DNA of 61,984 nt, counting the filler, from a candidate division TA06 bacterium SM23_40 (GTDB lineage: Bacteria > LJUI01 > SM1-40): NCBI GenBank assembly GCA_001303705.1. It is 5 parts of 5 records of this genome, joined end to end, with 100 filler letters (N's around TTAATTAATTAA, not from the genome) between each part and the next. Parts side by side here need not be neighbours in the genome. Positions count along the whole stretch, not along the records: positions 34,158 to 51,185 come from LJUI01000081.1; positions 51,286 to 61,984 come from LJUI01000082.1; 3 more parts are not named here. One strand, written 5' to 3'. The translations under genes were made by a program, and so were the position numbers. Positions 42,789 through 53,102 of this stretch are shown here, in pieces. The notes under the pieces are model-generated. The model ran no database searches, was not told where the DNA came from, and saw only the letters and a program-made list of their open reading frames with translations. Each line of letters starts with the position of its first letter. Position 1 is the stretch's first letter.

Positions 42789-42916
42789 CTCAGACCTCCT
42801 GCGTGTCAGGGCTGCTATTCGATTTCGATGAGATGTTTGTTGCCGGCGTTGCCGGATCCGATCAGGGTCGCCGGTCTCTTCGGCGCACCTTCATTCGGAG
42901 TTCATCGAACTATTGT

Positions 42917-42932
42917 AGCAAGACGCGTGCCT
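42917..42932 (-). promoter_or_regulatory. Candidate sigma54 (-24/-12) promoter
   Basis: Minus strand AGGCACGCGTCTTGCT (GG-N10-GC), about 130 nt upstream of ATG 42788. Confidence 0.55.
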
Positions 42933-43279
42933 GACGTGGCCCGATGAACGTCATACTCTCCGAACCACTTAGTTTGATGGATCTTACATGATCCCGCGCG
43001 GGTTCGGAGAGCCACCACGACACCGCCGGAGCGGGCAGTCTGCTCTATTGCGACAGTCCATTTCGATGGCCCATTCTGTTACAGGCTGTTGTCGTCAGCT
43101 CCGGGCCGCATCGAGGATGTGTTCGTGCTCCAGGCATTGCCCGCCCATCCTTCCCACATTCTGCGCTCCTTCATGCCCGGCCTATCAGGGAATCTGTTCC
43201 GACTCAAGAGTCGATTCGGTTTCAGTCTGGCGTCACGACCGAGAGGTCCTTCACTCTCGACCGAACCTGCTCGTGTTCC

Positions 43280-44662
43280 CTACACCTTGTGTTCCTTCCA
43301 CTTGCCTCGTTTGAACCAGATGATCAACAGCAGGCCGAGGGCGGTCATCGCGAAGGAGATCGTGAGCCAGACGCCCTGGACACCGAGGCCGAGGACGACA
43401 GCCAGCAGATACGCGGTGGGTATGCGCAGGACGGCTGTGATGGTGGTGAAGACCATCGGCGGCACGGTATCGCCGGCCCCGCGGAAGGCCCCGCTCATGA
43501 TCTGGCCGGTTCCCTGGAGGATCTGGGCGATGGCGATGATTCTGAGGTAGCTGGCGCCGATCTGGATTACAGTCGGATCCGAGTTGAAGACGGCGACGAG
43601 GCGGTGGGGGATGAGGAGGAAGACGAGTGCCAGAACGCCCGTGAATCCGAAGATGATACTTGCTGTCGTCCATGTCGCGCGCTCGGCACGTCCTGGTTGC
43701 GATGCGCCCAGGTTCTGCCCCACGAGGGTGGCCGCGGCAACGGAAAACCCCCCAGCCGTCATATATGAGAACGACTCCAGCCTGGTGCCGACGCCGAGGG
43801 CGGCGATGGCAGGGGTCCCGAAGATGGCGGCGATCCGGGTGATCACGACATATACGAGGCTGAAGGTAACCCAGGAGATGGAAGACGGGATGCCGATCCT
43901 GAGAACCCTCCAGATGGTTGTCGGTGAGAGCCTGAATCGGCTGTCGTAGGTGAGTCGTATTCCGGACCTTCCCCGGATGACGAGTGCGAGCCCGATGGCG
44001 AACGCCACGGCTTCGGCTATCACCGTGGCGAGGGCCGCTCCGTTCACCTCCAGGCGCGGAAAGGGGCCGATCCCCAGTATGAGCAGGGGGTCGAGAATCA
44101 TGTTGAGCACAATACTCGTGAGGGTGAGGCGCATCGGCGTCTGCGTGTCCCCGGCTCCGGAGAGTATGGAGTTGATGAGGAAGAGCCCGAAGAAGATCGG
44201 TATACCGGCCAGAGCGATGCGCATGTACCCGGCCCCAATGGTCTGTACGTCGAGCTCGACGCCGACCAGGCGGAGCAAGGGTTGGGCCGCGATGAGACCG
44301 CCCCCGCCGAGGACGCATGCTGTGAGCAGGCCGAACGCCATGCCCTGACGCGCGATCTCGTTCGCCTCGGATCTGTTCCCGGCGCCGAAAAACCGTGCCA
44401 CGAGCGCCGTCAGTCCCACGGAGATCATGTCGGAAAGGGAAAAGATGAGCCAGATGATGAACCCGCTCGCGAAGACTGCGGCCATTGCCGCGGGGCCGAG
44501 TTTTCCCACCCAGAAGGCATCGGTCGTGTTGAGGGAGGCGTGCATCAGGGTAGAGGCGACTGCCGGCCAGGCGAGGCGGAAGATCGCACGGGGGATGCTG
44601 CCGCCGATGAGGTCCGGTCTCGGCACGCCTTCCAGGGAGTCGATTGGTGCGTCGCGTTTCAA
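43280..44662 (-). CDS. MATE-family efflux transporter
   Basis: About 12 TM segments; LAWP, D.FWVGKLG, GAGDT..PM twice, NMILDPLLI, GQNLGA. Confidence 0.93.
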   Translation of the reverse strand: MKRDAPIDSLEGVPRPDLIGGSIPRAIFRLAWPAVASTLMHASLNTTDAFWVGKLGPAAMAAVFASGFIIWLIFSLSDMISVGLTALVARFFGAGNRSEANEIARQGMAFGLLTACVLGGGGLIAAQPLLRLVGVELDVQTIGAGYMRIALAGIPIFFGLFLINSILSGAGDTQTPMRLTLTSIVLNMILDPLLILGIGPFPRLEVNGAALATVIAEAVAFAIGLALVIRGRSGIRLTYDSRFRLSPTTIWRVLRIGIPSSISWVTFSLVYVVITRIAAIFGTPAIAALGVGTRLESFSYMTAGGFSVAAATLVGQNLGASQPGRAERATWTTASIIFGFTGVLALVFLLIPHRLVAVFNSDPTVIQIGASYLRIIAIAQILQGTGQIMSGAFRGAGDTVPPMVFTTITAVLRIPTAYLLAVVLGLGVQGVWLTISFAMTALGLLLIIWFKRGKWKEHKV

Positions 44663-44899
44663 TGTCGTGCTTTCTCGCTGTTCGGTAGTGACCGCCGACC
44701 TCGGTTATCGCCGATGGGGCGTGGGCGCGAAGGGCGACATGGTAACACCGGAATCCCAGAATGTCAAAGCATTAAGCGAGGACGGCACGTATCGCGTGCG
44801 GGCTCCGGGGATCGCCGAAGGTATCGATGGCAGGAGGCCGGTAGTCGCCGCCTCGGGAGGGATGAGGTAGGGCGCGGCCTGTACGGGAGGAGCCGCGGC

Positions 44900-44951
44900 N
44901 NNNNNNNNNNNNNNNNNNNNNNNNNNNNNNNNNNNNNNNNNNNNNNNNNNN
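44900..44951. other. Within-scaffold assembly gap
   Basis: 52 N without the TTAA linker. Confidence 0.9.
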
Positions 44952-45102
44952 GGCGCCCTGGGTGGTGCGATATCTGTAACAGCGGTCGGGTCCTCGTGAC
45001 TTTCGAAAAACGGGTTTGACAGGATAGGGGACCTATGGCAAGATGCGGTGACAACGTGGAGATTGGATACTCACGGGAGACAACGCAGGAGGCAACGAGA
45101 AG

Positions 45103-45693
45103 ATGCGAAATTCGCCGGGACCGGCTCTTCGCAGGATTACACTGCTGGCAGTGGCAGTGAGCGTCAGCGTCCTGTTGGGCTCGTGCCGCCCTGCTGCCGA
45201 GCAGGAGGAGCGGGCGGCCGTCCCTTCGCCGATCATCACGCTCGACACCATGACGCTATCGGTCGGCCCCGGGCCGACCGATCACTCGTCGGAATTCGTG
45301 TCCTCGGTGGCCGGGGGTGACATCCTCGTCAAGCTCGGGTACACGGCCAATCCGTTTCCGGGCACGAACTGGAATTCGAATCGTGACTACGCGAACGTCG
45401 TCGCGAGCTTCACATCGCTGGTGATGATGTGCGGGGATGCACCGGTGATGCCTTTGAAAGCTGAGCTTCTGGGTCCCCATGATGTTGTTCGGGATATCAC
45501 GCACAAGGAATCGAGAGACAGGCCTCAGATCTGGTTCCGCAACGACCCGGAGCATGGCTTGCACCGGGACCAGGCCCAGCTGCTCTATCGCTTTCCTCCC
45601 TGTGGGGAGTCCGGCGTGGTGACGGTGCGAGTTGAGGCAACCGAGGAAGTCACACTGAGAATGAATGTCTACCAGGAAAGGGTACAGCGATGA
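45103..45693 (+). CDS. Hypothetical lipoprotein
   Basis: Signal peptide ending LLGSC; stop overlaps next start (ATGA). Confidence 0.7.
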   Translation: MRNSPGPALRRITLLAVAVSVSVLLGSCRPAAEQEERAAVPSPIITLDTMTLSVGPGPTDHSSEFVSSVAGGDILVKLGYTANPFPGTNWNSNRDYANVVASFTSLVMMCGDAPVMPLKAELLGPHDVVRDITHKESRDRPQIWFRNDPEHGLHRDQAQLLYRFPPCGESGVVTVRVEATEEVTLRMNVYQERVQR

Positions 45694-47552
45694 AGATCCA
45701 TCGAGCGACATCCGGTACGTGGCCGACAGCAATGAGGTTTCTGGTTGCTGTGCACTTACTGGGGATGGCGTGTCTTCTCGCGCTGAGTGGTTCGGCTCTC
45801 GGGGCATCTCGCGGAGAGGACTTCCAGTTTGCGGTTCTCAGCGATCGCACCGGCAGCGCGGTCCCCGGCATCTTCGAGGCGGTGATCGAGGAGGTGGCAC
45901 GGCTGAATCCCGACCTGGTGATGTCGGTGGGCGACTATATCGAGGGGTACGTCGATGATGCGGCGGCTGTGAATGCTGAATATGACGAGTTCTTCGAGCT
46001 ACTCGAGCCTCTGACCGTGCCGTACTACCTTGTCCCGGGGAATCACGAAATCTGGAGCGATCTGAGTGGAGAGATATGGGACAAGCGAGTAGGGAGGCGA
46101 TACTACTCGTTCGACTACGAGGGATGCCACTTCATCTTCCTCGATACGAGCACGATCGATCAGAGTGAGGATATGGACGAGGCACAACTCAAGTGGCTGG
46201 AGAAGGATCTGAAGAAATACCGGAAAGCGAAGCTCACATTCGTCTTCTTCCATAAGCCGTTCTGGTTCGAGGCCATGCGGGCCGGCAGGGACGATGTCCT
46301 CCACACCCTGTTCAAGGAATTCGGGGTCGACTACGTCTTTACCGGGCACTACCACGTTTACTGTGCGGCCGAGTGGGACGGTATCCACTACTACATCACC
46401 GGGAGCTCGGGCGGATCGTTCGGTGAACCATCCGAGGAGCGCGGCAGGTTCTTCGGCTATATGTGGGTGACAGTTGAGGACGACGAGGTCGATGTCGCGT
46501 TGATCAAGCTGGGGAATGTGCTCGAGTCCGATTACGTTGCGTTCAGGGACCTCCAGCAGATAGCCCAGATCGAGACGACGGGAGTGGTCGTATCGCAGCT
46601 CTCTACTCAGGAGAATATCGAGGAAATCGGGGGGCCCATCCAGGTCTCGCTCACCAGCCTGTGGGGAGCGAGTCTCGAGGGGATGATAGCCTGGGACACC
46701 CGGGCATGGGTCGTGGAACCGGAGTCTCGAGCCTACAACGTGGGCCCCGATGAGAAGGTGAGCCTCCCGTTTGCAGTCGAACTCGACGACAGAGAAAATA
46801 TCTATCCGCTGCCCTCGTTCGAGATCACCTACCCCTACGGCGATGGGAAGAAGCTCACTCTCGAGGTTCCCCTGGAGTTGGTTCGCGTAGCGATCTCCCC
46901 GACTCTCAAAACGGCGCCGAAGATCGATGGTCTGCTGGAGAACGATGTGTGGGATGATCTCGTGCCGATCACCGTCTTCGGCTCGCCCGACGGGGAACGG
47001 AGGGGGACCGAGACGCTGCGGTTCTACTTCGGCCACCACGACGAACATCTCTATCTGGCGACGTGGTGCCGCGAATCGAGTGTGGGCGAGCTGGTCGCCA
47101 ATACCACCGCCGATGAGCGAGATGGGCCTCTGTGGCAGGAGGATTGCGTGGAGTATTTCTTCGATACCGACTACGACCGGAAGTCGTATGTGCAGCTATT
47201 CATCGGTCCGCAGGGAGGGGTCTTCGATCAGCTCTGCTATGTGACTCCTGAGCATTACGAATTCGATCAGGGGTGGAATGGGGGGTGGGAGGTGGCCACA
47301 CATGTGGGAGAGGACTTCTGGACGACCGAGACGGCGATCGCGGTCCCAGAGCTCGACGTGGAACATGCGTTTGGCCGCCCGGAAGGTGAGGCGGAGGCTC
47401 GACCTGTAATCAGGCGAGGACCTCGTATGCAACTGGGCGAGTTGTGGGGGATGAACCTGCGCCGCAAGCAGCCACGCGTCCAGAGCAACGCGGACTGGCA
47501 GCCACCGTTTGCGCACGATCCCACCTCGTTCGGAAGGCTCATATTCGAGTAG
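45690..47552 (+). CDS. Secreted calcineurin-like metallophosphoesterase fused to a CBM9/DOMON-like domain
   Basis: VLSD, VGD, PGNHE, FFHKP, TGHYH; C-terminal APKIDG...W...LYLA...LWQEDCVEYFFD...WTTE.AI. Confidence 0.82.
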   Translation: MKIHRATSGTWPTAMRFLVAVHLLGMACLLALSGSALGASRGEDFQFAVLSDRTGSAVPGIFEAVIEEVARLNPDLVMSVGDYIEGYVDDAAAVNAEYDEFFELLEPLTVPYYLVPGNHEIWSDLSGEIWDKRVGRRYYSFDYEGCHFIFLDTSTIDQSEDMDEAQLKWLEKDLKKYRKAKLTFVFFHKPFWFEAMRAGRDDVLHTLFKEFGVDYVFTGHYHVYCAAEWDGIHYYITGSSGGSFGEPSEERGRFFGYMWVTVEDDEVDVALIKLGNVLESDYVAFRDLQQIAQIETTGVVVSQLSTQENIEEIGGPIQVSLTSLWGASLEGMIAWDTRAWVVEPESRAYNVGPDEKVSLPFAVELDDRENIYPLPSFEITYPYGDGKKLTLEVPLELVRVAISPTLKTAPKIDGLLENDVWDDLVPITVFGSPDGERRGTETLRFYFGHHDEHLYLATWCRESSVGELVANTTADERDGPLWQEDCVEYFFDTDYDRKSYVQLFIGPQGGVFDQLCYVTPEHYEFDQGWNGGWEVATHVGEDFWTTETAIAVPELDVEHAFGRPEGEAEARPVIRRGPRMQLGELWGMNLRRKQPRVQSNADWQPPFAHDPTSFGRLIFE

Positions 47553-47807
47553 GTCGCCGCCCGGGGGCCTGGCCGAAGAGGTCAGGCCCTTCTCATATCT
47601 CCTCGATCTTTCCGGCCCCGGGTCCGAACCTTCCGCCCGCTCCGGTGTTAAACGACTAGATGGGTGCGCGATGAGGCATCCAGCTGGATTGCCCATTCAA
47701 TCATATGTCCTGGGGTACACACCTGGGGTCGATCTCTTCTGTCGGGTGCGGGCTGTGCTCTTGTTCTGTGGCACTCGCACTATCGGCTTCTCCTCCGCAG
47801 GAGGTCA

Positions 47808-50171
47808 ATGATGAGTAAGTATCGCATGGATCTAGAATCGAGAGTTGCCCGGGCCATCGCCGTGACTGTCCACCTGGCCATTATCCTCGTGGGCTCCTTT
47901 GCCTGCGGGCGGGCTGCCGGATCGCCGTCAGAGATGAGCGCGCCGGTGAGGGGTGTGACTGACCTGACGCTTAGAGATGTGGCGACGATACATCTTCCAC
48001 AGGGCGCCCTGCCCGAGGGGACGGTCCTTTCGCTAGCTTCTGCCGAGCGGCCGAGGGCTGCGCTGCCGGAAGGAGAGCGGCTCGTGAGTGCGGTGGTTCA
48101 TGTTGCCCCGGACGATCTGGCGTTCCGCAAGCCTGTGAGCCTTCGGATCTTTTTCGATACCAGACGCCTGCCCAGGGGCACCTCGGGACCCGACGGTCGA
48201 GTCTCTGTCGCCCTCCACAACGGGTATTCGTGGATCAGGGTGGGCGATGCGGCCGTTGACACAGAGAAGGGATCCGTCTCTGCCGAGGTCTATCACGGGG
48301 GAGAATTCGTGGTCCTGGTGCGCGAGCGAGACTGGGGCATTGTCGAAGCCCCTCTCAGTCGCGGGGCGACACCTATCATCGTAGTATCCGGCCTTCCCAT
48401 GGGGCGAGGCGAATGGGCCGATTTCGAACGGTACTCCCGTACAAGAGGAATGGGCCCTGTCTGGACGTTCGAGTATCCCCTCGACCAGGGAGTAGAACGT
48501 GCAGCGCAGCTGCTTGCGGCTGAGGTGAGCAGGCTGAGCGAGCGGCACGGGTCGTTTCAGTTCGATCTCGTCGGCCACGGGGTCGGCGGGCTGGTGGCAC
48601 TCCGGTTCGGGCTCGACCCCGAGCTGTGCGGGGAGCGTATCGCGCGGGCGATCATCACGCTCGGGACGCCCACAAGAGGCACTGAGATGGCGGATGAAGA
48701 GAGAGTGCTTGGGATCCTGGCCTCGGCGGGCGATCTCGGCGACACATTGGACGCACGGGAGTTGGCGGTCCTCTTCTCGGTCCTCGAAGCGATGGGGAGG
48801 CATCGGTCCGATCTCTTGCCTAATGGGGAGAACGAAGTGCTAACGGCGATCGAAGGGCTCAACGCAGCGTTCCGCCGGAAGGCGTTCACCTTCGGCAAGG
48901 GAGGCTGCCCCAGGTACAGAGTCGAGTGCCTGAGCGGGTCGAGATCCCTCCTTCCGGCGCGGCTCGCTGCGTACGGGCCTGCCGAGATACGCGACGGCGA
49001 GGGCGATACATATATTTCGGTGGCCAGTACGCTGCTGACGCCGATCGAGGATGCGCCGTTTGCTGTAGACCACTTCCGCCTGATCCATCGGAATGAGGTC
49101 TTCGATGATGTGCTGGGATACATCGGGCTTGGGGGAATCGCCTGGCCCGAGCTGTTCGAGAGCATCGGGACGCACGAGGGTCGATTGAGGATCGTCGATG
49201 TATGGGAGAAGGAATTCCTTCTCAATCAGGGAGATGAGCGCAGCCTCGCCGTTCTCCTCGACCTGGCGCGCAACTTTCTGCGCTCGACCGAGCGGGACGC
49301 TATTCTGTTTACGAATGGGGACAATGACACCTATCCCCTCTGGTATGTTCAGGTCAAGGACAGCATCCGCCCCGATGTGGCAGTCGCCAATCTGAGCCTC
49401 CTCAATACGAGTGTGTTCATCAAGTACCTCAAGGGCGATCCTCACCGCGCGCCGATTACACTCAGCGACGCGGAAATCGATAGCCTCCGGGCGGTGAAGG
49501 AAGATGGCCGGTTGGTGAGGCGGGTCTCGGATCAGGTGGTGGGACACCTGATCGAGGAGAATGGCTGGGAACGCCCGCTGTACTACGCGGTCACACTCAA
49601 TCCCACCAATATGGCTCTGTTCGACCCGCACAGGCGGATCCTGGAGGGTCTTGTCTATCACGTACTGCCGGCTGGGCCGGGAGAGGAACCGAGTACAGCG
49701 GTTGATGTCGATATATGTCTCCGCAATCTCGAGGAGCTCTATTCGTATGAGGGCCTGTTCGACGATCACAATAGTCTGAGGAGCGATCTCGATCCGGACT
49801 TGAGGATGATCATCAGCAACTACGCGGCGCTCTACTTTGCCGTGGGAGAGGAATTTCAGGAGCAGGACCAGCATGAGCGGGCCATGACGATGTTCCGCAA
49901 GGGGCTCTCCTTTGCACCCGGCCATGCGAGCCCTCGGCTCGCTCTCGCGGAGCTCTCTCTCGAAATGGGTGAAGACGAGGAGGCCGAACACTGGTATCGT
50001 GAGGCGTTTCGCGCCGATCCCGGTTCGTTTTCGGCTCTGGAGGCGCTAGCCAGATACTATTTCGATCACGACAGGCGGGCGGAAGGGATGCGTATCCTCG
50101 CACGATGGCTCGAGCGCCATCCGGACGATGAGCGCGTGCTCGAACTCATGACGGGGGCGCCAGTACAGTAG
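47808..50171 (+). CDS. Exported multidomain protein: ZU5-like, alpha/beta-hydrolase fold lacking catalytic Ser, DUF2723-like soluble domain, TPR repeats
   Basis: SD AGGAGG; SFAC lipobox-like; LPQGAL...FRKPV; DLVGHGVGGLV and ITLGTP.RG; LFTNGDNDTYPLWY...RPDV.VANLSLLN; C-terminal TPR-like helices. Confidence 0.7.
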   Translation: MMSKYRMDLESRVARAIAVTVHLAIILVGSFACGRAAGSPSEMSAPVRGVTDLTLRDVATIHLPQGALPEGTVLSLASAERPRAALPEGERLVSAVVHVAPDDLAFRKPVSLRIFFDTRRLPRGTSGPDGRVSVALHNGYSWIRVGDAAVDTEKGSVSAEVYHGGEFVVLVRERDWGIVEAPLSRGATPIIVVSGLPMGRGEWADFERYSRTRGMGPVWTFEYPLDQGVERAAQLLAAEVSRLSERHGSFQFDLVGHGVGGLVALRFGLDPELCGERIARAIITLGTPTRGTEMADEERVLGILASAGDLGDTLDARELAVLFSVLEAMGRHRSDLLPNGENEVLTAIEGLNAAFRRKAFTFGKGGCPRYRVECLSGSRSLLPARLAAYGPAEIRDGEGDTYISVASTLLTPIEDAPFAVDHFRLIHRNEVFDDVLGYIGLGGIAWPELFESIGTHEGRLRIVDVWEKEFLLNQGDERSLAVLLDLARNFLRSTERDAILFTNGDNDTYPLWYVQVKDSIRPDVAVANLSLLNTSVFIKYLKGDPHRAPITLSDAEIDSLRAVKEDGRLVRRVSDQVVGHLIEENGWERPLYYAVTLNPTNMALFDPHRRILEGLVYHVLPAGPGEEPSTAVDVDICLRNLEELYSYEGLFDDHNSLRSDLDPDLRMIISNYAALYFAVGEEFQEQDQHERAMTMFRKGLSFAPGHASPRLALAELSLEMGEDEEAEHWYREAFRADPGSFSALEALARYYFDHDRRAEGMRILARWLERHPDDERVLELMTGAPVQ

Positions 50172-50207
50172 TGTCGGATCGAACGGATGGGCACGCAGCG
50201 GCCGCAT

Positions 50208-50280
50208 ACGTCCAGGGGCGCCAGGCCGTCTGGGGGCACCGGACCATCTGGGGGCACCGAGCCATCTGGAGGCACTGGTC
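50208..50280. repeat. 18-bp tandem repeat (CCRTCTGGRGGCACYGRN, three good units plus one degenerate) upstream of the ECF sigma gene
   Basis: ccgtctgggggcaccgga / ccatctgggggcaccgag / ccatctggaggcactggt. Confidence 0.75.
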
Positions 50281-50329
50281 GGTCAATGGGGCACGCAGGA
50301 CGGCGTGGCGATGCGGAGTCATTGACAGG

Positions 50330-50902
50330 ATGGGCGGGACGATGACGGACGAGCAGTTGGTGGCGAAGCTGAAGGCCGGGGAGACCGGGGCATTCGACCT
50401 CCTCTACCAGCGACATGGTCCGCCGTTGCTCAACTTCATCAACCGCATCATCCAGGATCGCGATCGTGCGGAGGATCTGCTCCAGGAGACATTCCTCCGC
50501 GTCTTCAGGCACGTCTCGAAGTATCGGCCTGAGGCTAAAGTCTCAACGTGGATCTACCGGATCGCCACGAATCTCTGTTATAACGAGCTCCGCTCCAGGA
50601 GGAGACACCGACTCGTCTCTATAGATGGCAGAGAGGACGCCAGGATCGAGTCATCGCTGTGCCAGTCCAGCACAAGGTGTGATGATCCCCATGCCTCACT
50701 CGTCCTCGATGAGGAGATACGTCAGGTGGAGGCGGGAATCGCCTCCCTGCCGGAGAACGAGCGGATCGTTCTCGTTTTGAGATTCTACCACGGCTACTCC
50801 TACGCGGAGATCGCCGAGATACTCGCATGTCCGCTGGGAACAGTGAAGTCGAGGCTCCACGCGGCGGTGCATCACCTCCGCAGAGTTCTCAAACGGGAGT
50901 GA
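50330..50902 (+). CDS. ECF RNA polymerase sigma factor (start 50330 or 50342)
   Basis: AEDLLQETFLRV, TWIYRIATN, SYAEIAEIL.CPLGTVKSRL. Confidence 0.93.
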   Translation: MGGTMTDEQLVAKLKAGETGAFDLLYQRHGPPLLNFINRIIQDRDRAEDLLQETFLRVFRHVSKYRPEAKVSTWIYRIATNLCYNELRSRRRHRLVSIDGREDARIESSLCQSSTRCDDPHASLVLDEEIRQVEAGIASLPENERIVLVLRFYHGYSYAEIAEILACPLGTVKSRLHAAVHHLRRVLKRE

Positions 50903-51185
50903 ATGATGGAGACAGGTAACGGCAAGGATGCTCGATGTGAGGAGATGCTTTCCCGGCTCATCGAGCTTCACATGGGAGAGCTTCCGGACGAGGAGGCCAT
51001 CGTGCTCCACCAGCATCTTGCGCAGTGCGAGGTCTGCCAGGCCGAAGACCGCGCGCTGGTGAAGCTGGCCGAACGGCTCGGGAGGGTGCCCGAGATCGAG
51101 CCGAGTGAGCACCTGGCCGCAGCACTACGCGCCCGTCTCGAGTTGGAGCGGGCGCGGGGAGCAGATCGTGGGGCCGCGCCCGCCG
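50903..51185 (+). CDS. Zinc-binding anti-sigma factor (zf-HC2), 3'-truncated
   Basis: C...HLAQCEVC motif, immediately after the ECF sigma gene. Confidence 0.85.
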
Positions 51186-51285
51186 NNNNNNNNNNNNNNN
51201 NNNNNNNNNNNNNNNNNNNNNNNNNNNNNTTAATTAATTAANNNNNNNNNNNNNNNNNNNNNNNNNNNNNNNNNNNNNNNNNNNN
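51186..51285. other. Artificial contig spacer
   Basis: N44-TTAATTAATTAA-N44. Confidence 0.98.
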
Positions 51286-52132
51286 AGATGAGCCGTCTGC
51301 CGACAGCGACTACATCCCTCGCCGGCACGTTCCTCACAGTGCTGCCCGGGTATATGACAGCGTTAGACAGGATCGCATCCTCGATCACCGCGCGTTCTCC
51401 CACGACCACATACGGCCCGATCTCGCTCCGGGCGAGTCGGGCGCCGGGCGAGATCCAGGCCGGCTCGTGGACTGTGGTCGAGGAGGGAATCGAAGATCGC
51501 GGAAGTCCTGCGTAGTTCTCGGAATGGATCTGCTGCTCGTCGAGCAGGCGATGGACTGCGGAGAGGTAGTCTCCCGGGGAGTTGATATTCACGCGCCAGC
51601 CGCGGAGCGGGACTGTCGCGCAGGGAACTCGGCGAGAGATGAGAATCTCCTTGAGCTCCTCAAGTCCGTCGCAGGCGAGGCAGTCACGAACTGAGTTCAG
51701 AAGTTTTCGCGAGAGGAGGTACAGCCCGGCGAGGACAGAGCCCTCCGCTTCCGTGAGGAATGCGGCCGGCGACCCGGCCGCGGCACGTATGAAGTAGCCG
51801 AATGGCTGGGAGAAGACGTTGTCACCGTGTATCACGAGCAGCCGGTCGGCTGCGCCGGCGAGGGCTGTGGCTATGGCTCCGCAGAGTGTGGGTGGACGGT
51901 GCTGGCGTAGCACTGCGATATCGGGACTGCTCTTGACATAACGTGCCACTCTCGATCGCCGATCGCCAACCAGCACGGCCGTCCGGGCGATGCCGGCCCT
52001 CGAGAGCTGATCGAGCATACGGTCGATGAGATACTGGCCGGGTAGGTAGAGGAGGGGCTTGGGTATGCGGCGGCCGAGTTCTCCCATCCTCTCACCTCTG
52101 CCGGCGGCCAGGATGACGGCCTCCACGTCCAT
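51286..52132 (-). CDS. Sugar-phosphate nucleotidyltransferase with C-terminal beta-helix repeats, 3'-truncated
   Basis: VILAAGRGERM...PKPLL, HGDN, IGPYVVVG. Confidence 0.8.
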
Positions 52133-52455
52133 ATATGCCTCGCTCGTGGGAAGGAGAACTCGTTTGCAGGTTCGGTCTCGCCACCGGGGGGGTGGCGCCC
52201 CCAGAATCCTGCCGGGAGGGCCGGCCCAAGGGGGACCGTGGAGAGCGCCTGTCAGTCGATTGTCTCCCGGCCGGGCCTGGCCGCCATGAGAATAGCCCGA
52301 ACCCCCCCTGCGCGCAAGTCCGATCTCAGCGTCACCGAGGCAGTATTTCGTTATTCTGCAGAACGTTTGGGATAGGAGTTGACAAAGATTCGAGGATGGG
52401 ATAATCTGTGTGGACGCGGGGAACGTAGTTACACTCTGACCGTCGAGGACAGGAG

Positions 52456-52824
52456 ATGGCTGTGGCCAGACACGCGGGGTCGAAGCTCTACTACACGATC
52501 GGCGAGGTGGCTCAGCTGACCGGGGTAAAGCCCCATGTGCTCCGGTACTGGGAGTCCGAGTTCAAGTTGCTCAAACCCCGAAAGACGAATGCCGGGCGTC
52601 GTGCCTACACCCCTCGGGAGGTCCGTCTCGTCTTCGCCATCAGGAAACTGCTGTACGAAGAGCGCTATACGCTGGAGGGTGCGAAGAAGAAGATGCTCGA
52701 CCTGCGGCGGTCCGGGGACACGCAGCTCGGGCTGCCATTTGATGAGCTGCTCGCCAAGGACGTGCTCGGCTCCATTCGTCAGGAACTCAAAGATGTGCTC
52801 GGACTTCTCCGGGCTGACACCTGA
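52456..52824 (+). CDS. MerR-family HTH transcriptional regulator
   Basis: YYTIGEVA...HVLRYWESEF...GRR.Y...LLYEE.YTLEGAK; promoter TTGACA-N17-TAATCT at 52379-52407. Confidence 0.92.
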   Translation: MAVARHAGSKLYYTIGEVAQLTGVKPHVLRYWESEFKLLKPRKTNAGRRAYTPREVRLVFAIRKLLYEERYTLEGAKKKMLDLRRSGDTQLGLPFDELLAKDVLGSIRQELKDVLGLLRADT

Positions 52825-53004
52825 GACCGATGCCCCGGGGAACAGGCGCGAGCCGTACCGAGGTCATGCGGGCCCCCGGGCGGCCGGATTCGAGAGAGGA
52901 GGTATCTTTTTTCGCTTGTCTAGCTCGAAGCATCATGTTATATATTGAGCGGTTAGGAGGGGCGCTGCTGTAGCGAATGACACAGTCCGTGTGACAGTAA
53001 TTGT

Positions 53005-53081
<77 letters not shown>

Positions 53082-53102
53082 GATCTGGAGCGCGAGCGAT
53101 AG

